Origin: a virus
Length of the DNA: 64,000 nucleotides
Direction: 5' to 3' (one strand)
Virus record (IMG/VR): IMGVR_UViG_3300045003_000080
Coordinates: 32,001-96,000 of that record
In this document: positions 17,098 to 27,509 of the stretch, piece by piece
Layout: each line of letters starts with the position of its first letter
How positions within the stretch are numbered: the stretch's first letter is position 1
Program-made: the position numbers and the translations under genes
Notes under the pieces: model-generated
The model's database searches: none
What the model was told of the DNA's origin: nothing
The model's input: the letters and a program-made list of their open reading frames with translations, nothing else

Positions 17098-17570
17098 ACG
17101 AGCGGCCCCGGTTCGCGGACATCGAAGCGCTGCGTGTCGGGGTCGCTGCCGCCCAACGTATCCCCAAGGGCGGGGCGGAGCGGCGCCGGCTACGCGACCG
17201 GGCGGGCGTCTCGCTCGCGGACCTCGCCGAGTTGGTTGGGGTCTCCGCGCAGACGCTGCTTCGGTGGGAACGCGGCGAGCACGTCCCGGCCGTGCACGCG
17301 GTCGCCTACGCCCAGGCCCTCGACGCGCTCACCCCGCCCGAGTCGACTGAGCTGACGGCTGAGGACCGGGCGGACATCCGGGCCAAGTTCCAGGCCGGGC
17401 AGGGCTGCGCGCACTGTGGCGGCTACCACGTCCACGCCTGCCCCCGCGTCAAACGGTTCGCGTTCCACACCAACGAGGCGATCGCAGAGGTCGAGTTCTG
17501 GCCCGACGGGAAATGGCCCACCGGTTCGATCATCTGGCCCGAAGACGTCGTCGACCCGGACGACGAGTAG
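17094..17570 (+). CDS. XRE-family HTH protein with C-terminal CxxC-H-C motif
   Basis: LRDRAGVSLADLAELVGVSAQTLLRWERG; CAHCGGYHVHACPR. Confidence 0.85.
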   Translation: MNERPRFADIEALRVGVAAAQRIPKGGAERRRLRDRAGVSLADLAELVGVSAQTLLRWERGEHVPAVHAVAYAQALDALTPPESTELTAEDRADIRAKFQAGQGCAHCGGYHVHACPRVKRFAFHTNEAIAEVEFWPDGKWPTGSIIWPEDVVDPDDE

Positions 17571-17609
17571 CGCGGCATCGCGACAATTGAATACACGGGG
17601 GGCGACGGT

Positions 17610-20600
17610 ATGGCGGGGAATGCTCGTGCTGTGGCGCGTGCCGCCCGCGCCGTGGGAAGCGGTGTCGCGTCGGGCAACGCGCCGGGCGGTTTCGGGGGAG
17701 TAGCCAGCACGGTGGGCACCCTGGGCACCACCCAGAATCCGTCGCCCCTGATCAGCTCGTATCAGCAGTGGACACAGGGGCGCCCTTACGGGATCGGGCT
17801 GCCCCGCGACCCGGGCACGTTCTTGGCCGGCGCGTTCGGACCGTTGACGCCGATCGAGCCGGTGGGTATCGACGCCCCGGACCCGAGCACGGGGCGGCCT
17901 GAGCCGCGCAGGTATACGTATTTGCCCGGCTGGAACATGCCGGTCGGCGAACCGGGCTCCGAGGGTCTCAAGCTCGCCCCATTCGCCGCTTTGCGTTCCC
18001 TCGCCGACCAGTACAGCGTCGCCCGCGCGTGTATCAATGTTCGCAAGCAGGAGATTCTGGGCTTGGAGTGGGACATCATGCCCACCCGCGACGCCGAGAA
18101 GAAAATGCGTGGACGCCCGTCCCTACACAAGGATTTCCAGGAGCGCCGCGCCGAAGCAGTCGCTTTCTTCCAGAACCCTGACCCGGGCAAGTACCGGGGC
18201 TACTCGGCGTGGCTGTCGGCGCTGCTCGAAGACGTGTTCGTGATCGACGCCCTGACGGTCTACTTGCAGCCGACCCGTAAGAAGGGCAAGGGGCTGCTCG
18301 GCTCCGACTTGGGTGCGCTGTGCCTGATCGACGGCTCGACGGCGCGCCCCCTGCTGGATATCCAGGGTGGTACGCCTCAGCCTCCGAATCCGGCGATTCA
18401 GATTTACAACTACGGTGTGCCCAGGGTCGATCTGATGACGGCGATCGACGGCGCCGAATACAACGAGATGAAAGAATCTCTGCTGGCCGAGTACCGCTCC
18501 GACCAGGTGCTTTACCTGCCGTACACGCCACGCACCTGGACGCCTTACGGCTTTTCGCTGGTGGAGAAGGCGCTGGTGCCGATCATCGCCGGATTGCAGC
18601 GCCAGCAGTACCAGCTCGGCTACTTCTCAGAGGGTTCAATTCCAGGAGTGTTCATCAGTTCGGGTGACCCGAACGCGACCCCGAACCAACTGCGCACCTT
18701 GCAAGATGCTTTAAATGCAATGGCTGGCGACCCGATGTGGAAGCACCGCATCATCGTCATCCCAGGTGGCAGCCGCATCGAACCGATGCGCCCGACACCG
18801 CTCGCCGACGCGTTCGACGAGATTGTCATGAACCAGGTACTCATGGCTTTCGATGTGATGCCGATGGAACTCGGCATCACCCCCCAGGTCGCCGTCACAC
18901 CCAGCCCTGGTGCGGCGAACCAGATGGCGAAAGCATCCGCGCAGGTCAACCAGCGTAAAGCCCTGCGCCCCCTGCTGATGTGGCTCAAGCAGACCCTGTT
19001 CGACTACGTCCTCCAGGTCGTATGTGGACAGGATGATATGCAGTTCATGTGGGCCGGGCTCGAAGAGGGCCAGGAACGCGAATCGTTGATCGACAACCTC
19101 ATCGACCAGGTCGGCCACGGCATGATGAGCATCGACGAAGCGCGCGTCGAGATCGGGGAACAGCCCTGGGGTCTGCCCCTCACCTCCGACCCGGTGTGGG
19201 CGACACAGATGGGCGTCGTCCCACTCGGCTCGATCGACCCGCTCACCGGGCGCCCGGCCGCAATGCAACCGATGCTCCCCGGGCAGGCCGGCCAGGCCGG
19301 TGGCACGGGGGCACCCGGCATCCCAGCGCCGGGCGGCGTCAACCAGATCCAGGCAGGCAACATCGTCGCGTCGCAGAAAGAGCCGTCGCCGGCGAAACCC
19401 GTCGCCGACGCACAGGACCAGGCGCGCGCCAACCAGGCCACCGGCACCCCGTCGCACACGCAAAACGCCAACACCCCGATGAAACCGACGAATGTCAAAG
19501 CCGCGATGCGGGAACTGTCCCTGATCAAGGCCCGGCTGGAGAAAGGGCGCAGCGTCGACGGGTGGCGGTACGACTTCGTGCCCCCGCATGTCGCAGCCGA
19601 ACTGGCCGAGAACATGCAGTCGATGGACTGGGTCGAAGCGATCGGCAAAGCGCGTGCCCGGTTGGCCGGGATCGCGGACGCGGACCGGCGCGACCAGGTC
19701 GTGGCACCCATCGCGAACCGGGTCGCCTCGCGGCTCGGCGCCCTGGCGCGCGGCGTGAAGGACGGCTCCGAAAGCCGGATCGCGATGATCGACGACGGCA
19801 CGCAGGTCATGCGCGACGGTCTTCGCGAAGCGATCCTCGCCGGCGCGCGCGACGCGTTGTCGCGGCCACGCGCGCACTCGACGAAGGCCGACGATGACGA
19901 CGACGAAGCCGAACGGGACATCGACGCGATCCTGTCCGGCCCGTACGGCGACTACCTGACCGGCCTGGCCGATCAGCGCGCAGGAGACCAAACCAACTTC
20001 CTGACAGGGCTACTGCAGGATGTGCTGGTCGCCGGGCTGATCCAGGACATCCTCGACGCGCTCGGCTGGCGGTTTGACCTGTACGGCGACCAGGCGTACG
20101 AGGCGTACAACATGGGCTACGGCCTGTCACTGTTCGCCGACAATCCCGACCAGTGGATTCAATGGCAGACCACCAGCGCCCAGCCGTGTGTGCTGTGCGC
20201 GGCCCGTGACGGCAACACGTACAACGCCGACACGCTGCCCGGCTGGCCCGGCGATGGCGGATTCGGTGGCACGTCCGTGTTGTCGGCGTCGGGCACCGGG
20301 ATCTGCATGGGTGGTCCACGCTGCAAATGCATCCTGATCGCCGTCTCCGACGGTCAGGTCGCGGTCGGCACGAACACGCAGGGCGACGAGGAGCCGGGCA
20401 CGCTCGGCCGGGTGATCGCGGCAGCAGTGCGCGCCTACCAGGCCGGGACCCGTGCGTCGAAGGGTGCGCAGGAGATCACCCACCATGATCACGGCGACCA
20501 CCACACGCCGGACATCACCCACCACGTGTACGCGTACCTCGCCCGCCACTACCCGGCCAGCGAACTGGAATGGGTGAAGAAAGCGGTCTGGCGCGGCCCG

Positions 20601-20993
20601 AGCCATGTGCCACTCGAAGACATCAGCATGGCGCACCGTGAAGGCGGCGCCCGCAACCCCGACAAGGTGCGGCTGATCGCCCACGCGATCGCCGACGGGC
20701 ACAAACTCGACCCCATCGTCCTGGTAAGCGAACCCGGCCACGACCAGTATCAAATCGCCGACGGCTGGCACCGCACAGCAGCCATCAAACAGTCGGGCGG
20801 CAAGAGCGCACTCGCGTTCATCGGGAAACTGCCCGACGACTCGTTCAGCGCAGCCGCGATGGGCCGATCCAAGCTCAACAAGGGCACGGACGTGGTCGTC
20901 GACCTGCGCAGCACGACGGTGATGAGCGACGCGGACATCGCGGAGTTGGCACGCAAGATCGGCAAACGCCTGGGAGACGCATCAGGAGGCTGA
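17610..20993 (+). CDS. Portal protein fused to MuF-like and ParB/Srx-like domains
   Basis: Portal core (YGFSLVEKAL, YFSEGSIPG, SIDEARVEIG); W.T....C..C.ARDG...C.G..RCKC; PIVLV...IADGWHR. Confidence 0.9.
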   Translation: MAGNARAVARAARAVGSGVASGNAPGGFGGVASTVGTLGTTQNPSPLISSYQQWTQGRPYGIGLPRDPGTFLAGAFGPLTPIEPVGIDAPDPSTGRPEPRRYTYLPGWNMPVGEPGSEGLKLAPFAALRSLADQYSVARACINVRKQEILGLEWDIMPTRDAEKKMRGRPSLHKDFQERRAEAVAFFQNPDPGKYRGYSAWLSALLEDVFVIDALTVYLQPTRKKGKGLLGSDLGALCLIDGSTARPLLDIQGGTPQPPNPAIQIYNYGVPRVDLMTAIDGAEYNEMKESLLAEYRSDQVLYLPYTPRTWTPYGFSLVEKALVPIIAGLQRQQYQLGYFSEGSIPGVFISSGDPNATPNQLRTLQDALNAMAGDPMWKHRIIVIPGGSRIEPMRPTPLADAFDEIVMNQVLMAFDVMPMELGITPQVAVTPSPGAANQMAKASAQVNQRKALRPLLMWLKQTLFDYVLQVVCGQDDMQFMWAGLEEGQERESLIDNLIDQVGHGMMSIDEARVEIGEQPWGLPLTSDPVWATQMGVVPLGSIDPLTGRPAAMQPMLPGQAGQAGGTGAPGIPAPGGVNQIQAGNIVASQKEPSPAKPVADAQDQARANQATGTPSHTQNANTPMKPTNVKAAMRELSLIKARLEKGRSVDGWRYDFVPPHVAAELAENMQSMDWVEAIGKARARLAGIADADRRDQVVAPIANRVASRLGALARGVKDGSESRIAMIDDGTQVMRDGLREAILAGARDALSRPRAHSTKADDDDDEAERDIDAILSGPYGDYLTGLADQRAGDQTNFLTGLLQDVLVAGLIQDILDALGWRFDLYGDQAYEAYNMGYGLSLFADNPDQWIQWQTTSAQPCVLCAARDGNTYNADTLPGWPGDGGFGGTSVLSASGTGICMGGPRCKCILIAVSDGQVAVGTNTQGDEEPGTLGRVIAAAVRAYQAGTRASKGAQEITHHDHGDHHTPDITHHVYAYLARHYPASELEWVKKAVWRGPSHVPLEDISMAHREGGARNPDKVRLIAHAIADGHKLDPIVLVSEPGHDQYQIADGWHRTAAIKQSGGKSALAFIGKLPDDSFSAAAMGRSKLNKGTDVVVDLRSTTVMSDADIAELARKIGKRLGDASGG

Positions 20994-20994
20994 T

Positions 20995-21792
20995 TTGTGC
21001 CTCACCTGCGGTTGCGGCTTACCGAACAGCTCCCATCATGATCCACGCCATTTCATCCTTCCGGAGCTGGTCGCGGCTGCTCAGGCAGCCGGGATCAGCC
21101 CGGAGGAAGCGGCCGACAACGTACCCCGGACGTTGCGGTCGGCGTTGGGTGATCCTGCGCACGCGTTCGCGTCCCAACTCACCCTGCCGACGATCGTATT
21201 CGACGTCGACGACACGTTGGCGTTCACCGTCGAAGCCGAACTCGTCGCCCTCAACGCCACCTTCGACGAGAACTACTCGATCAGTGATGTCACCGACTAC
21301 GACTGGGACCTGAACCTGCCGAAAAAGCAGCGCAAATGGCTCAGCGACCAGCACCAGCAGCCCGACCTGCACGAGAACCTCGCCCCCGACTGGCGGGCGA
21401 TCGACACCGCGCAGCTCGCGCAGAAACTCGGCTACCCCCTCTGGGTGGCTACCGAACGCCCACCTCAGTTGCAGCGCACCACCGTCACGTGGCTTGAACG
21501 GTGGGGTTTGCAGCCCGACGGCGTCGCCGACGTGGGGCCCGGCAACAAACCGTTGTGGATGCACAAGTGGTTCGGCCCCGACTCGCCGGCGATCCTCATC
21601 GACGACAAACCGGTAGCCGAGTACCTGATCCCCGGCCCCGGAATCGAACTGTGGGCGCCCCCGGTGTGGACGCGCCGTTTCCCACCCCAGCCGGGCGTGA
21701 CCCGGCTCGAATCCTGGCAGCAGGCCCGCGACCTGCTGATTTCGTTCTTTGATGCCCCGGCCCCCTTAGAGGCGGGCACCGTCTACTCGTAA
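20995..21792 (+). CDS. 5'(3')-deoxyribonucleotidase-like HAD protein
   Basis: IVFDVDDTL, T.R, K, LIDDKP; N-terminal CxxCxC. Confidence 0.8.
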   Translation: MCLTCGCGLPNSSHHDPRHFILPELVAAAQAAGISPEEAADNVPRTLRSALGDPAHAFASQLTLPTIVFDVDDTLAFTVEAELVALNATFDENYSISDVTDYDWDLNLPKKQRKWLSDQHQQPDLHENLAPDWRAIDTAQLAQKLGYPLWVATERPPQLQRTTVTWLERWGLQPDGVADVGPGNKPLWMHKWFGPDSPAILIDDKPVAEYLIPGPGIELWAPPVWTRRFPPQPGVTRLESWQQARDLLISFFDAPAPLEAGTVYS

Positions 21793-21801
21793 GGGAGCTG
21801 T

Positions 21802-24441
21802 GTGGCGAAGCTGCTCGACGCCGCCAACGACGAAAAGGTTCATGTCAGCTTCGATATCACCAAGTTCGAGGATGACGCCGACGGCAATCTGGTGGTCTAC
21901 GGCAAGGCCACAGACGGTTCCGTCGACACCGACCAGCAGATTGTCGACCCGGAATGGTCGGCCAAGGCCATCAACGACTGGCTGAACGACGGGGGCACGC
22001 TCCGTGTGCAGCACTCGCCGAAGCTATACCCGGCTGGGCGTGGCCTAGAGGTCGAGACCACTCCGAACGGCCACTATGTCAAGGCGCTCGTGGTCGAGCC
22101 GACCGCGCAGCGTTTGGTGAAGTACGGCGCTCTGCGTGCGTTCTCGGTGGGCATTGCGCACCCGGTGATCGAACGTGACATGTCCGGGAAGGCCCGGGGC
22201 GGCATCATCCGGGGCAACGACAAGACGTCGATCTGTGAGATCAGTCTGGTCGACTCGCCAGCGAACAAGAACTGTGGCTTCACGATCGTGAAGTCGGAGG
22301 ATTCCGACGCGCCGTGGGAGTTCGGCGACCTCGACGCTCTGCTGGAGAAGAACGTGAGGACGCAAGTCGCCAAGGGCCAGCCGGAAGACCGGCAGGACAC
22401 GCAGGAAGCCGGCGAAAACGAGGACGAGGCGAGCGAGGGCAACGCCGACGACCCGGACTCCGACGAACCTCAGGGCCCTGCGTCCAAGGGCGCGGAAGCG
22501 GATTGGCGTGCGGAGCGTCACGCCTGGTTGCAGCGTGAACCGAAGCGCGGCGACGCAGCCGACGGCACCCAGTTCTTGGCCAAACGCGCGGCGTGGCAGC
22601 GCTGGTGGGCTGAGGGTGAGCAGCAGGGCCTGACCGACGACGGCTACCCGACGTGGGCGGCCAAGCGGGACATGGACCCGAATGTCGGTGGCGGCACGGA
22701 CCGCGACAAGATCCCGGCCGAAGATTTTGCCGGTAAGGACCGGTCGTTCCCGATCGTCACCCCGGGCGACGTGTCTGACGCGGCGTCAAGTCTTGGACGT
22801 GCAGGGGCGGGCAACTACTCGACCGACCAGATCAAGTCGAACATCATCCGTATCGCCCGGCGCAAGGGGCAGGCGTTCGTCGACGCCCTCCCGGACGCGT
22901 GGAAAGACGGTGGCACCGGCGCGGACAGCGACAAGGCCGCGAAGCCGAAGGCGAAAGCGGTCCAGTGCCAGGACTGCAACACCTACAACAAGGGCGGCAG
23001 CACCAAGTGCAAGGGGTGCGGCAAGCCGATTGGCGACGACGCGTCGGAGAAGCAGCCTGCTGAGAAGCTTGACGTGACCGACGGTGTGGCGAAGGCGGGT
23101 GGGAAGACCTGCCCGAAGTGCTCCAAGGTGTACCACGCCGACAGCAAGATCAAGTTCTGCAAGAAGTGCGGCACGAAGCTGCCGGCCGGGTCGACGAAGA
23201 TGGACGAGGCCGACGCGGAGAAGACGCGCCGCGCCCTGCCAGCCGACACCCGCCCAGCCGGCACGCACCGTGAACCGGACGGCACCAGCACGATCGAGGT
23301 GCTCGAACCGCAAGCGGGTCTGGGCACCGACCCCGACTCGACCCCTGACAAGGTGCCCGCGTCGGTCAAGTCGGCCCCGTCGTACGCGGTGGTGCGCGCC
23401 CACGACGCCCTGTGCGCCGCCTACCACGCCGACGACGTGCTCGCCGTTTACCCGACCCTGAAGTCGATCACCGACGCGGTCGACCCCGGCTACTGGGAGA
23501 CCCTGGCAGCCGAGAAAGCCGAAACGGGCGACGTCAAAGGCGCGAACGAACTCGTCGCACTCGCCAAGGCGGCCAAGGCCCTGAAGGCTGAGGATGCGGA
23601 TCTCGTCGCCGACGCCCGCATGGCCCTGTACAAGTCGTTCACGTCGATGTATCCGACAACGAATATCAAGCCGTCGAGCGACGCGGTGCGGCCCGGCATG
23701 TTCAACCGGCCGTACATCTCCACCGGGCACGCCCCGCTCAACGCCGGCTCGTCCGGACCGAGCGTCAACGTGCCACCATCCACCCACGTCCCGGAACCAG
23801 GCGACTTCACCCGGGGCCCCCTGACGGCTGGTGAGCAGCGCCCGTCCCCGGGCAACAAGGCAGCAGCAGGCGGCAACAACCCGACGGGCAGCGTCGACAC
23901 GGGCGCCGTGCGCACGTACTACGCGGCCCGAGCCCGTGACGCCGCCCACAACATGCTGGCAAACCTGCACGACAGCATCGCTGTGCGCTACCCGGACACC
24001 TGCGTGCTCGCCCCGGCGAACGCGGCCATGCCATCCCGGATGGGCGCCACGAACGTGCCCGCGCACGCCAGCGTCGCCGCGACCAAGCCCGCACCGGGCG
24101 AGAAGAACGAGGTCGCGGACCTCGTCAAGTCCCTCGTCGCCGAGCACACCAGTGCACTGCGCGACGAGTACGAAACCCAGATCACCGCACTCAAAGCAGA
24201 GATCAACGAATTGGGCAAGCAGCCCGACCCGGCCCAGGCCCCACCAAGGGGAGCGGTCAGGAAGGCAGTCGAGGCCGACGCCACTCCCGTGGAGAAGGCA
24301 GCCGTCGACGCCCAGCGTGCCGAGAAGGCAGCCCAGGAACGCGACGCCTACGTCGCGTACCTCACGTCCATGACCCAGTCGGGTGACCCGACGGTGCGGC
24401 AGGACGCCGAAGCCGTCCTTCTCAAGTACCTGACTCCCTGA
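21802..24441 (+). CDS. Prohead protease/scaffold fusion with zinc ribbons
   Basis: VYGKATDGSVDTDQQIVD, VQH, AFSVG, EISLVDSPAN (HK97-type); C-terminal coiled coil. Confidence 0.88.
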   Translation: MAKLLDAANDEKVHVSFDITKFEDDADGNLVVYGKATDGSVDTDQQIVDPEWSAKAINDWLNDGGTLRVQHSPKLYPAGRGLEVETTPNGHYVKALVVEPTAQRLVKYGALRAFSVGIAHPVIERDMSGKARGGIIRGNDKTSICEISLVDSPANKNCGFTIVKSEDSDAPWEFGDLDALLEKNVRTQVAKGQPEDRQDTQEAGENEDEASEGNADDPDSDEPQGPASKGAEADWRAERHAWLQREPKRGDAADGTQFLAKRAAWQRWWAEGEQQGLTDDGYPTWAAKRDMDPNVGGGTDRDKIPAEDFAGKDRSFPIVTPGDVSDAASSLGRAGAGNYSTDQIKSNIIRIARRKGQAFVDALPDAWKDGGTGADSDKAAKPKAKAVQCQDCNTYNKGGSTKCKGCGKPIGDDASEKQPAEKLDVTDGVAKAGGKTCPKCSKVYHADSKIKFCKKCGTKLPAGSTKMDEADAEKTRRALPADTRPAGTHREPDGTSTIEVLEPQAGLGTDPDSTPDKVPASVKSAPSYAVVRAHDALCAAYHADDVLAVYPTLKSITDAVDPGYWETLAAEKAETGDVKGANELVALAKAAKALKAEDADLVADARMALYKSFTSMYPTTNIKPSSDAVRPGMFNRPYISTGHAPLNAGSSGPSVNVPPSTHVPEPGDFTRGPLTAGEQRPSPGNKAAAGGNNPTGSVDTGAVRTYYAARARDAAHNMLANLHDSIAVRYPDTCVLAPANAAMPSRMGATNVPAHASVAATKPAPGEKNEVADLVKSLVAEHTSALRDEYETQITALKAEINELGKQPDPAQAPPRGAVRKAVEADATPVEKAAVDAQRAEKAAQERDAYVAYLTSMTQSGDPTVRQDAEAVLLKYLTP

Positions 24442-24465
24442 CACGACAACCCCGAAAGGGCTTGT

Positions 24466-26274
24466 GTGACCGTTACGTACGACGCCCCGTCGCCACAAGC
24501 GGTGACGGCCGGGCTGGTGGCTGACGCCTCCAACTTCGAAACCCCGAACCAGATGCTCGCCGGTAAGATGCCGGCGCTTGTCAAGGGCATGGGATACGCC
24601 CGCCCAGGCGGGAACGCCATCACCCAGGACGACGACAAGATTTTCCAGCAGTCGATGCGCGCCGAGATGGCGCTCACCAAGGCTGTTCGGACTGGTCTGA
24701 ATGATCCACAGTCAGTTATCAAGGGCCTGTCTCCGGACTTCTCGAACCAGTTCGGCGCGTTCCTGAGCAACACCCCGCAAAATTACGCGATGCAGAACAT
24801 GCTCGGGCAGCTGTCCGGGCAGATCAGCGACTTCATCGGCCGTAGCATCACCCTGACGAGCCCACTTTCGACCGGACTTGTCCCTTTTGACCTCGTTGCC
24901 CCTTCGAGGTTGATCTATCCTGTATATTCGCCTATTCGCAACAAACTCCCACGTGTTCCTGGCCAGGGCACGTCGCGCCGGACCAAGGTGCTCACCGGCA
25001 TCTCCGGCAGCCAGACTGGTGCTTCTGGCGGTAAGTTCCTCGACCTGGGCATCCCGGAGCTTGTCTCCAACACGTCCAGCATGCAGAACTGGCCATTGAA
25101 CCTCCCCGGAACCGGTGTTCAAGACTCTCTAGACCTGAATGTTCCTTACCGTTTTTGGGGACTTACTGAAAGTTTGTCCTGGCTTGCCCAGTTTGCGGGT
25201 CAAGGGTTTGAGGATATTTCAGCCCTTGCTAATCTCATCCTGCTTCAGGAGTTCATGCTCAGCGAGGAGGCCGCGCACCTCGCAGCCACCTCCACGAACC
25301 TGGGCACCCCAAGCAACCCGACGCTGACCGCACGGTCAGCGAACTCCGGCGAGACCGCATTGTCGGGCGTTACCACCAACGTGTTCGTCAAGGTGAGTGC
25401 GCTCAACTGGTTCGGTGAGACCGCGACCCAGGCGTCCGGCGCATCCGTCGCCTGGTCGTCCGGCCAGGTCGTGGACGTCGCGATCTCCCCAGTCGCTGGC
25501 GCGATGTGGTACCGGATTTATGTCACCACTGGTGCATCGGCAGGTACGTACTACCTGATGCAGGACAACGTCGGGGGCTTGAACTTCACGCTCCAGGGCG
25601 CGCTGCCAACGTCCGGCACCAACCCGGCGACGGGTGACACCGGCACCGGCAACGGCAACCGGCAGGAAGGCATCATCCCGGTTGTCGCCGGCCACTCGCA
25701 GGGCTCCAACCAGGTGTACCCGGCCAACTGGCAGGGTGGTTACATCAACCAGGCGCTCGGCGACACCCTCCACATCACGAACATCAACACGATGTTGCAG
25801 GGCTTGTGGGATGGCGTGGGCAGCTTCCGTGCCGACCCGGTCGAGCTGATCGGCGAGGGCGGCGACCTGATGCGCCTGAGCAACGACATTGTGCAGTCTG
25901 GTACGACCACTGCTTACCGTCTGTTCATTGAGCAGGCTGACGTGGCCGGAGTCCGGGCCGGGGCAGCCGTGTCGGAGTTCCAGAACCCGATCACTCGCAG
26001 CATGGTCAAGCTGTTGGTTCACCCGTGGCTGCCTCAGGGCACCCTGCTCGCGATGAGCTACACGCTCCCGTTCGCGTGGAGCAACGTCGCGAACGTGTGG
26101 GAGTTCGTCACGGTCCAGGACTATTTGTCCATTTCGTGGCCTGTAGTGGATGCGTCCTTTAGGTACAGCATGTTTATGTATGGGGCACTTGTGGCGAACG
26201 CCCCGCAATATTGCGGGATCCTTCAGGGCATTCAGAAGTCTGACCGTTCCGGCTCGACCGGCACCTGGTCGTAA
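24466..26274 (+). CDS. Major capsid protein with inserted FN3/Ig-like domain
   Basis: Position after protease; PIRNKLPRVPG, VHPWLPQG; followed by hairpin. Confidence 0.88.
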   Translation: MTVTYDAPSPQAVTAGLVADASNFETPNQMLAGKMPALVKGMGYARPGGNAITQDDDKIFQQSMRAEMALTKAVRTGLNDPQSVIKGLSPDFSNQFGAFLSNTPQNYAMQNMLGQLSGQISDFIGRSITLTSPLSTGLVPFDLVAPSRLIYPVYSPIRNKLPRVPGQGTSRRTKVLTGISGSQTGASGGKFLDLGIPELVSNTSSMQNWPLNLPGTGVQDSLDLNVPYRFWGLTESLSWLAQFAGQGFEDISALANLILLQEFMLSEEAAHLAATSTNLGTPSNPTLTARSANSGETALSGVTTNVFVKVSALNWFGETATQASGASVAWSSGQVVDVAISPVAGAMWYRIYVTTGASAGTYYLMQDNVGGLNFTLQGALPTSGTNPATGDTGTGNGNRQEGIIPVVAGHSQGSNQVYPANWQGGYINQALGDTLHITNINTMLQGLWDGVGSFRADPVELIGEGGDLMRLSNDIVQSGTTTAYRLFIEQADVAGVRAGAAVSEFQNPITRSMVKLLVHPWLPQGTLLAMSYTLPFAWSNVANVWEFVTVQDYLSISWPVVDASFRYSMFMYGALVANAPQYCGILQGIQKSDRSGSTGTWS

Positions 26275-26282
26275 CCCGTTCC

Positions 26283-26313
26283 GGCAGCCGCCCACACCAC
26301 GTGGGCGGCTGCC
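26283..26313 (+). terminator. Hairpin after capsid gene
   Basis: GGCAGCCGCCCAC-ACCAC-GTGGGCGGCTGCC. Confidence 0.6.
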
Positions 26314-26334
26314 CGTTCCATGTAAGGGAGCTGT

Positions 26335-26643
26335 GTGACCGCACCTGCCGGCACGCTCGCGTACCGCACTTATGTCACTCTCAGCGCTGCCGGGAACAGC
26401 AACGGCGACGCGACCACCATCAGCAACGCCTTCAACGGCGTGATTTACCCAGCTGTGTCGGGTACTGCCGCGACCGCGTCCGCTTCGGGCGCCGTGGTGA
26501 CGATCTACTGGCCAGATTCGACCATCAAGATGGCCCGCGAGCTGGTGCGTGACTTCGTCGCGCAGCAGATCGTGGGCATGGCGGCGAGCCTGAACGCTGC
26601 CGTCACGAATATTCAGTGCTTCACCGAGATCAACATGTCGTAG
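26335..26643 (+). CDS. Virion-module hypothetical protein
   Basis: AAGGGAG RBS; operon context. Confidence 0.65.
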   Translation: MTAPAGTLAYRTYVTLSAAGNSNGDATTISNAFNGVIYPAVSGTAATASASGAVVTIYWPDSTIKMARELVRDFVAQQIVGMAASLNAAVTNIQCFTEINMS

Positions 26644-26694
26644 CCGGGCGGCCCCCACGGGGGTCGTTCCGCTTCTCGCGGAAGGGGCACACTC

Positions 26695-27222
26695 GTGCCA
26701 GATAGCGCTTTTAACGCGCAGGGCACCCCGGTTGCGGGCGGCTACGCGCAGCCGGGCCCGGGTATCACGGAAGAACTCGTTGTTCTCGGCGACCGGTCAG
26801 GCAACTCCTATGTGTCGACGGGGACGTCGGGGACGACGACGTACCTGGGCACGTCGGCGTATCGGGATTCGATCATCACGGTGCAGAACGGTGGTAAGGC
26901 CACTGCGCCGACTGCCGCGACGGTGCTCGCGACCGTCACCCCGGGCACTGCCGGCAAGTGGGAGTGCACGATCACGCTCGCGGTGACCGGTACGACGGTC
27001 GCGGCGACCGACTCGAACAATTTCGCGATCAACCAGACGTCGACGGCTGTGATCAGCCCCGTGCCGTTCCCTGTCAACGGCACCACTGGGTCTACTGCGA
27101 TTGTCACTCAGACGGTGGTGCTGAACCTGTCGGCTGCGGACACGGTGAACGTGACGGCGATCGCGAACGCCACGGCCAGCAGCATCTATTCGGCGTCTGT
27201 CGTCGCTCGCCGGGTGGGTTAA
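26695..27222 (+). CDS. Putative decoration protein (C1q/beta-sandwich-like)
   Basis: Thr-rich beta pattern; VLNLSAADTVNV. Confidence 0.6.
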   Translation: MPDSAFNAQGTPVAGGYAQPGPGITEELVVLGDRSGNSYVSTGTSGTTTYLGTSAYRDSIITVQNGGKATAPTAATVLATVTPGTAGKWECTITLAVTGTTVAATDSNNFAINQTSTAVISPVPFPVNGTTGSTAIVTQTVVLNLSAADTVNVTAIANATASSIYSASVVARRVG

Positions 27223-27225
27223 ACC

Positions 27226-27501
27226 ATGACGGTCGGCAGTCAGCAGTATTCCGTGTCGACCACTGCCGTGCTCATCGGCAGCGCGCCGGCCTCGTCCCAG
27301 GTGGGGCCGGTCGGTGCGCTGCTGGTGCTCGCGGACGCGACGGTCGATGCGTATGTGGGCGGCGCGAATGTGTCGTCCACCAATGGGATGAAGGTCACGC
27401 ATGCAGTGACGGCTCCCGTGCCGATCACCCTGTACCCGGGCGACACCGTGTACGCGATCACCGCGTCGGGCACGGCGACGCTCGGGGTCCTGCAAACGTA
27501 G
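27226..27501 (+). CDS. Small beta-rich virion protein
   Basis: YVGGANVSSTNG...GDTVYAI motif. Confidence 0.7.
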   Translation: MTVGSQQYSVSTTAVLIGSAPASSQVGPVGALLVLADATVDAYVGGANVSSTNGMKVTHAVTAPVPITLYPGDTVYAITASGTATLGVLQT

Positions 27502-27509
27502 GGGGTTTG

